DNA from: Alphaproteobacteria bacterium | GTDB taxonomy: Bacteria; Pseudomonadota; Alphaproteobacteria; UBA828 | Direction of reading: 5' to 3' | Assembly: GCA_963667785.2 (NCBI GenBank) | Contig: CAXXMU010000002.1 | Coordinates: forward strand, 512,001-576,000 | DNA: 64,000 nt | Shown here: positions 58,171 to 64,000 of the stretch, one piece after another | How positions within the stretch are numbered: position 1 is the first letter of the stretch | Layout: each line of letters begins with the position of its first letter | Position numbers and translations under genes: made by a program | The notes under the pieces: generated by a model | The model's database searches: none | What the model saw: only the letters and a program-made list of their open reading frames with translations | Told to the model about the DNA's origin: nothing

Positions 58171-59331
58171 CTAGCCGCCCCCATGCCCGCGCACCTCGTC
58201 CCAGGCCCAGTCGAGCCACGGGGTCAGCGCTTCGAGATCGTCGCGCTGCACCGTGCCGCCGCACCAGATCCGCAGCCCCGGCGGGGCGGCCCGGTGGGTC
58301 TTGATATCATAGGCCGCGTCCTCCGCCTCGAGCAGGGCGGTCATGCGGCGGATTACGTCCCACTGCGCCTCCTCGTCCAGCGCGGAGAACCAGGGGTCGA
58401 CGATGCTGAGGCAGACCGACGTGTGGGAGCGCGTCTCCGGCGCCCGCGCGAGGAAGTCGATCCACTCCCGCGCCGCCACCCACGACTCGATGACGCCGAA
58501 GTTGGCCCGTGACCGGGCGATCATCCCCGCCTGGCCGCCGATGGAGTCGATCCACCTCAGCGCGTCGAGCGCATCCTCCACCGCCATCATGGAGACGGTG
58601 TTGATGGTCTCGCCGCGGAAGATGCCCTCGTTGAGCCTGCCGTCCGCGGCGGTGAGCCGGAAGACCCGGGGCACCGGCCAGGGCGGCGTCTCGCTCTCCA
58701 ACCGCTCGACCGCCCTGGGCCCGAGGATCAGCATGCCGAACCCGGCCTCGCCGCCCATCACCTTCTGCCACGAGTAGCTGGTCGCATCGAGCCTGGTCCA
58801 GTCCATCGGGTAGGCGAAGACGGCAGACGTGGCGTCGCAGAAGGTGAGGCCCTCGCGGTCGGCGGCGATCCAGTCCGCATCGGGCACCCGCACGCCTGAG
58901 GTGGTGCCGTTCCAGACGAACACCGTGTCGCGCGCAGGGTCCACCCGGCGGAGGTCGGGCAGGGCGCCGTAGGGCGCCTCGATCACGCGCGCATCCAGCG
59001 GGTGCAGCGCGCTCTGGCCGTCGAAGGCCCACAGCGCGCCGAAGTTGTCCCAGCTCAGGAAGTCGACTCCGCGCGGGCCGAGCAGCGACCACATGGCCAT
59101 CTCGATGGCGCCGGTATCGGAGCCCGGCACGATTCCGAGCCGCCAGTCGTCCGGCAGCCCGAGCAGCGCGCGGGAGAGATCCAGAAGCTCCCTGATCCGC
59201 GCCAGCGGCTCCCGCGCCCGGTGCGAGCGGCCGAAATAGGCGCCCGCCAGCGCCTCCACCGTCCAGCCGGGCCTCTTGGGGCACGGCCCGGAGGAGAAGA
59301 GCGGATTGCCGGGGCGGACGGCGGGCTTCAT
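58171..59331 (-). CDS. serC: phosphoserine transaminase (Methanosarcina/alphaproteobacterial type)
   Basis: FSSGPCPKRPG, GRSHR, SDTGA.EMAMWS, WNGTTSGV, DATSA, SWQK and PPGLRIWCG motifs. Confidence 0.95.
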   Translation of the reverse strand: MKPAVRPGNPLFSSGPCPKRPGWTVEALAGAYFGRSHRAREPLARIRELLDLSRALLGLPDDWRLGIVPGSDTGAIEMAMWSLLGPRGVDFLSWDNFGALWAFDGQSALHPLDARVIEAPYGALPDLRRVDPARDTVFVWNGTTSGVRVPDADWIAADREGLTFCDATSAVFAYPMDWTRLDATSYSWQKVMGGEAGFGMLILGPRAVERLESETPPWPVPRVFRLTAADGRLNEGIFRGETINTVSMMAVEDALDALRWIDSIGGQAGMIARSRANFGVIESWVAAREWIDFLARAPETRSHTSVCLSIVDPWFSALDEEAQWDVIRRMTALLEAEDAAYDIKTHRAAPPGLRIWCGGTVQRDDLEALTPWLDWAWDEVRGHGGG

Positions 59332-59371
59332 GGACGAGGAGGGCGTTGGCGGCGGCGCGGGCGTCTCGGGG

Positions 59372-60154
59372 TCACACCGTAATGGTGCCCTCGAGATACT
59401 GGACCGCACGGCCGGTGAGGCGGACCCGGTCGCCGGCGACGGTGCAATGCAGCACGCCGCCGCGCCGCGACACCTGGTGGGCGAGGAGGGTCTCCTTGCC
59501 CAGCCGCGCGGCCCAGAAGGGCGCCATCATGCAGTGGGCCGATCCGGTGACGGGGTCTTCGGGCACGCCGAGGCGGGGAGAAAAGAAGCGCGAGACGAAA
59601 TCCGCGTCGTCGCCCGGCGCGCTGACGATGACCCCGCGCCGGTCGTCGAGTCGCGCCAGCGCGCCCATGTCGGGCACGAGCGCCCTGATCTCGGCCTCGC
59701 TCTCGAACAGCGCGAGATAGTCCATGTCGGCGAAGACCGCGGAAGGCTCGGCGCCGAGTCCGGCGGCAAGGTCAGCTGGGAGCGCCACGGGCTCGGCGGC
59801 AAGCGCAGGGAAGTCCATGGTCAGGGCATCCTCGAGCCGGACCACCTCGAGCCGCCCGCTCCTGGTATCGAAGGCGACCTGACCCGCGCCCGGCCGCAGA
59901 TGGTGAAACACGACGTGGGCGCTGGCCAGCGTCGCATGCCCGCAGAGGTCGACCTCGGCGACCGGCGTGAACCAGCGCAGGTCGTAGGCGCCGTTCGCCG
60001 GGGTCAGGAAGGCGGTTTCGGAGAGGTTGTTCTCGGCCGCGATGGCCTGGAGCGTGTCGCCGTCCAGCCACGAATCGAGCGGACAGACGGCGGCCGGATT
60101 GCCGCCGAACACCGCATCGGTGAACGCGTCGACCTGAAACAACCTGAGGCGCAT
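59372..60154 (-). CDS. PhzF family epimerase/isomerase
   Basis: QVDAF...GNPAAV, ENNLSETAF, LRWFTP..EVDLCGHATLA and EDPVTGSAH motifs. Confidence 0.93.
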   Translation of the reverse strand: MRLRLFQVDAFTDAVFGGNPAAVCPLDSWLDGDTLQAIAAENNLSETAFLTPANGAYDLRWFTPVAEVDLCGHATLASAHVVFHHLRPGAGQVAFDTRSGRLEVVRLEDALTMDFPALAAEPVALPADLAAGLGAEPSAVFADMDYLALFESEAEIRALVPDMGALARLDDRRGVIVSAPGDDADFVSRFFSPRLGVPEDPVTGSAHCMMAPFWAARLGKETLLAHQVSRRGGVLHCTVAGDRVRLTGRAVQYLEGTITV

Positions 60155-60250
60155 GCAACAGTTTATTGACGATCCCGCGAAGGCATGCAAGCTGAGGCGG
60201 GGGCCGCGGCGCCGCGCGCCGCGCCGCAATGACCGGGTTCCGCCGACGGC

Positions 60251-61654
60251 ATGGGCCGCAAATCCGAGCGCGATTTTCGGGCGATCCTCTTCGCCGCTGC
60301 CGTGGCCGCGGCGGTAGCCGGCGCGGCTGCGCTCGGCCCGCTGCAGGCGCGAGCGGACGACTTCTTCGCCGGCTACGAGGCGTTTCAGCGGGGCGACTAC
60401 GAGGCCGCGCGCGCTGCCTGGGCGCCGCTCGCGCTCGCCGGCGACGTCGATGCGCAGTACAACCTCGGCACGCTCTACGAGAACGGCTTCGGCAGGCCGG
60501 CGGACGCCGAGAAGGCGGCGCGCTGGTACCGGTCGGCGGCGGAGCGTCGCCTCGACCATGCCCGGCTCGCGCTGGCGCGGCTCCAGCGCTCCGGCGCCTT
60601 GGAGCCCGGCCCGGACGAGGACCAGATCAAGCTCCTCGAATCCGCCGCCCGGCGCGGGCTGGCCGAGGCGCAGTACGAGCTGGGCGTGGCCTACGATCAC
60701 GGCCTCGGCGTCACCCGGAACCATGCGACGGCGGCGGGCTGGTACCAGCGCGCGGCCGAGCAGGGCCTTACCGATGCCCAGTTCAACCTGGCGGCGCTCT
60801 ACGACGAGGGGCTCGGGACCCCGCGCGACTTCGCCATGGCGCACCATTGGTACACGCGCGCGGCAGACTCGGGCCAGGTGCGGGCCATGAACAATCTCGG
60901 CCACATCTACGAGACGGGGCTGGGCGGCCTGAGGGACTACGACATGGCAGTCGTCTGGTACCGCCGGGCGGCGGAGCAGGGCCTCGCCATCGCCCAGGCC
61001 AACCTGGCGGCGCTCTACTATCTGGGACGCGGCGTACCGCGCGATTTCGAGCAGGCCAGCCGCTGGTACGGGGCCGCCGCCGCGCAGGGAGACCCGGTGG
61101 GCCAGAACGGTCTCGGCCTGCTCCATGCCAACGGTCTCGGGACGGAGCGCGACCTCGTCCGGGCGATGGCGTGGTTCAGCCTCGCCGCATACGGAAACGA
61201 CCCGGCGAGCGCCGATGCGCGCGCCTACCGCGACCGGCTCACGCGCCTCCTCAGCGCCGAAGAGCGCGCCGAGGCCGAGGCGCTGAGTCTCGCGCTCGCG
61301 GCTCGAACGGTTCGGAACGAATCGCCCGGAAGGCAGATCTACGGCGTCTCCCTGCCGCGACCGGCGGATGGCTTCGGCGATTCCGCCATCTACGCGCAAC
61401 GGCTCCTCAAGTGGCTGGGCTACTATGGCGCGGCGGTGGACGGTGTCGCCGGCAGTCTCACGATCGAGGCGACCCGCCAATTCCTGAAGGACAACGCGCT
61501 GAGCATGGAGCCGCAGGTGACGCGCGACCTGGTGGAGGCGCTGGAGGCGGAGCGAAAGGCGCGCGTCGCAGCCGCCGAGACGGAAGCCGGGCAGGACGCC
61601 GTCGCGGAGCCGCCCGGAGAGGCGCGCCTCGACGACGGGCAGGGAAGGCTATGA
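60251..61654 (+). CDS. exported Sel1-like repeat protein with C-terminal peptidoglycan-binding-like domain
   Basis: Signal peptide, multiple AQ.NLG..Y..G.G...D...A..WY..AAEQG repeats, C-terminal Q..L..LGYY..VDG..G..T..A...F. Confidence 0.88.
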   Translation: MGRKSERDFRAILFAAAVAAAVAGAAALGPLQARADDFFAGYEAFQRGDYEAARAAWAPLALAGDVDAQYNLGTLYENGFGRPADAEKAARWYRSAAERRLDHARLALARLQRSGALEPGPDEDQIKLLESAARRGLAEAQYELGVAYDHGLGVTRNHATAAGWYQRAAEQGLTDAQFNLAALYDEGLGTPRDFAMAHHWYTRAADSGQVRAMNNLGHIYETGLGGLRDYDMAVVWYRRAAEQGLAIAQANLAALYYLGRGVPRDFEQASRWYGAAAAQGDPVGQNGLGLLHANGLGTERDLVRAMAWFSLAAYGNDPASADARAYRDRLTRLLSAEERAEAEALSLALAARTVRNESPGRQIYGVSLPRPADGFGDSAIYAQRLLKWLGYYGAAVDGVAGSLTIEATRQFLKDNALSMEPQVTRDLVEALEAERKARVAAAETEAGQDAVAEPPGEARLDDGQGRL

Positions 61655-62487
61655 GGGCGATGCAGGGCGCGAGGCCGGCCGCGCCGATCGCGCTGGCTGC
61701 GGCGCTCGCTCTCGCTCTCGCGCTGCTCGCCGGTTGCAGCGCGAACGAAGAGCCCGCCTATGTCGAGCGCAGCGTCGAGGAGCTTTACAACGAAGCGCTG
61801 GACAACCTGCTGGACGGCAACGCCGAGGACGCCGCGGCGGGCTTCGACGAGGTCGAGCGCCAGCACCCCTACTCGGTCTGGGCGACCCGGGCGCAACTCC
61901 TTTCGGCGTTCACCTACTACCAGGCCAACCTCTACGACCAGGCGATCGAGAGAGCCAACCGCTTCGTCGAACTGCATCCCGGCCACAGCGAGGCGGTCTA
62001 CGCCTACTACCTGATCGCCCTTTCCTACTACGAGCAGATCTCGGACGTGGACCGAGACCAGAAGATGACGGCGCTCGCCCTGCAGTCCCTCGAGGAGGTG
62101 GTGCGGCGGTTCCCCGGCAGCGCCTATGCGCGCGATGCCCGGCTCAAGGTCGACCTGACCCGCGACCACCTCGCCGGCAAGGAGATGGGGGTGGGGCGGT
62201 ACTATCTCCGGCGCGCGCACTACGTGGCGGCGATCGGGCGCTTCCGCAACGTGGTCGAGCGTTATCAGACCACCAGCCACGCGCCGGAGGCGCTGCATCG
62301 CCTGACCGAGGCGTATCTGGCGCTCGGGCTGGCGGACGAGGCGCAGACGGCGGCCGCCGTCCTCGGCCACAACTACCCGGGCAGCCGGTGGTACGAACAC
62401 AGCTACGCCCTGCTCGTCGATTCCGGACTCGAGCCCGAGGAGGATCGGGAATCCTGGATCAGCCGGGTCTTCGGCGGCCTGATCTGA
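61651..62487 (+). CDS. bamD: outer membrane protein assembly factor BamD
   Basis: Lipobox LAGC, EVERQHPYS.WA, YEQISDVDRDQ, HLAGKEM.VGRYY and VLGHNYP.S.WY motifs. Confidence 0.95.
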   Translation: MRAMQGARPAAPIALAAALALALALLAGCSANEEPAYVERSVEELYNEALDNLLDGNAEDAAAGFDEVERQHPYSVWATRAQLLSAFTYYQANLYDQAIERANRFVELHPGHSEAVYAYYLIALSYYEQISDVDRDQKMTALALQSLEEVVRRFPGSAYARDARLKVDLTRDHLAGKEMGVGRYYLRRAHYVAAIGRFRNVVERYQTTSHAPEALHRLTEAYLALGLADEAQTAAAVLGHNYPGSRWYEHSYALLVDSGLEPEEDRESWISRVFGGLI

Positions 62488-62497
62488 CGCGGGGCAG

Positions 62498-64000
62498 ATG
62501 CTGCGGCGCCTCTCGATCCGCAACTACGTCCTGATAAGCAGCCTGGACATCGATTTCGGGCCGGGCATGGCGGTCTTCACCGGCGAGACCGGCGCCGGCA
62601 AGTCGATCCTGCTGGATGCGCTGGGGCTTGCGCTCGGTGCCCGCGCCGCCGCCGGCGTGGTCACACGCGGCAGCGACAATGCCAGCGTCGCCGCCGCCTT
62701 CGACGCAGGCCGAGCCGGCCCGGTGCGCGATCTGCTGGCCGAGCACGGTCTAGACGGGGGCCAGGCGACGGGGAGCGAGCTTCTGCTGCGTCGCGTCGTC
62801 GGCGCTGACGGGCGCAGCCGCGCCTTCGTCAACGACACGCCGACGGGCGTCGCCCTGCTCAGGCGCATCGGTGGCCTGCTGGTAGAGATCGACGGCCAGT
62901 CCGAGCCGGGTGGCCTGCTCGATCCGGCCAGGCACCTCGCCATGCTCGACGACTTCGCCGGCCACGCGCCCGAGCGGGAGGCGCTGGCGGCGGCCCATGC
63001 CGCCTGGCGGGCCGCGCAGGCCGCGCAGCAGGAGACGGAGGACGCGCAGGGGGCGGCGCGGCAGGAGGAGGATTACCTGCGGCACGCGGTCTCCGAGCTC
63101 GAGGCGCTCGCGCCCGAGTGCGGTGAGGAGGCGCGCCGCGCCGGCGAACGCGCCATGCTGCTGAACGGCCAGAAGCTCGGCGAGGCCCTGGACACCGCTA
63201 GTGCCGAGATCGCCTCGGACGGCGGCGTCGGTGCCCGCCTCAGGTCGGCCCGGCGCGCGATCGAGCGTGTCGCGCCCGCTGCCGGCGGCACGCTGGACGG
63301 GCTGCTGGAGAGTCTCGACCGGGCGGCGATCGAGGCGGAGGAGGCGGAGGGCGCGCTGGACGCGGCCAGGCGAGCGCTGGAGAGCGACCCCGGCCGGCTC
63401 GACGCGGTCGAGGAGCGCCTCTTCTCGCTCCGCGCGGCGGCGCGCAAGCACCGCACCGATCCCGATTCCCTGGGCCCGCTGCTGACGCGGCTGCAGGGTG
63501 AGCTCGAGACGATCGAGAGCGGTGCCGGAACGCTCCGCGCTCTCGCGGCGGAGACGGAGGCGGCCCACCGCGCCTATCGCGAGAGGGCCGAGGCCCTGAG
63601 CGCCGCCCGCAAGCGAGCGGCGCGTGCACTCGACGAGGCGGTGGCGGGCGAGCTCGCGCCGCTCAAGCTCGCGCGCGCCCGCTTCGGCACCGCGCTCGAT
63701 GCGGTCGCGGACGGCGCGGAGGGCAGCACCGGCATCGACCGCTGCCGCTTCATGCTGTCTCCCGACCCCGGCGTGGACCCGCAGCCGCTCGCGAAGGTCG
63801 CCTCCAGCGGCGAGCGCGCGCGCCTGCTGCTCGCGCTCCGGGTCTGCCTCGCGCGGGCTGCCGGTCTCACGACCCTCGTCTTCGACGAGATCGACCGCGG
63901 CATCGGCGGCGCCGTGGCCGATGCGGTCGGTGAGCGCCTGGCCCGGCTTGCGCGGGACGTCCAGGTCCTGGTGGTGACCCACTCGCCCCAGGTCGCGGCG
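62498..64000 (+). CDS. recN: DNA repair protein RecN (partial, runs off window end)
   Basis: Manual translation MLRRLSIRNY...TGETGAGKSILLDAL (Walker A)...LVFDEID...VVTHSPQVAA. Both ends are in the same frame. Confidence 0.93.
   Translation, partial: MLRRLSIRNYVLISSLDIDFGPGMAVFTGETGAGKSILLDALGLALGARAAAGVVTRGSDNASVAAAFDAGRAGPVRDLLAEHGLDGGQATGSELLLRRVVGADGRSRAFVNDTPTGVALLRRIGGLLVEIDGQSEPGGLLDPARHLAMLDDFAGHAPEREALAAAHAAWRAAQAAQQETEDAQGAARQEEDYLRHAVSELEALAPECGEEARRAGERAMLLNGQKLGEALDTASAEIASDGGVGARLRSARRAIERVAPAAGGTLDGLLESLDRAAIEAEEAEGALDAARRALESDPGRLDAVEERLFSLRAAARKHRTDPDSLGPLLTRLQGELETIESGAGTLRALAAETEAAHRAYRERAEALSAARKRAARALDEAVAGELAPLKLARARFGTALDAVADGAEGSTGIDRCRFMLSPDPGVDPQPLAKVASSGERARLLLALRVCLARAAGLTTLVFDEIDRGIGGAVADAVGERLARLARDVQVLVVTHSPQVAA

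Noticed and set aside
59372-60154. PhzF as sign of a phenazine cluster
   Set aside because: Lone PhzF-family gene with no phzABDEG nearby. Such homologues are widespread.

Overview
GC-rich (roughly 70% by eye) bacterial chromosomal segment. Gene content points to Alphaproteobacteria, probably Rhodospirillales-like: split pntAA/pntAB/pntB, Methanosarcina-type serC, the DUF2007-methyltransferase-sppA/ispB block and bamD-recN. It holds about 55 CDS. I found no rRNA, tRNA, CRISPR array or transposase. Housekeeping genes (ispB, purEK, rpsU, pnt, serAC, rmuC, bamD, recN) are mixed with many amide and amino-acid nitrogen-scavenging enzymes. Best leads: (1) a PEP mutase-cytidylyltransferase fusion that runs directly into an ATP-dependent hydantoinase/oxoprolinase B-A pair, with no phosphonopyruvate decarboxylase in the window; (2) a TetR-coupled exported redoxin/heme-c/PHM-DBH-type copper monooxygenase with a complete ligand set; (3) a 67-aa secreted peptide with Cys at every third residue; (4) a signal-peptide-bearing isoaspartyl methyltransferase coupled to a polytopic membrane methyltransferase; (5) an amidase broken by one in-frame TAG inside a fused hydantoinase-amidase-ABC operon; (6) two copies of a MITE-like element enclosing a REP-like palindrome, whose CTAG ends overlap a stop codon and a likely RBS; (7) an outer-membrane barrel with a His/Met/acidic tandem repeat behind a Zur-like box. 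All calls come from reading motifs by eye. No database search was run.
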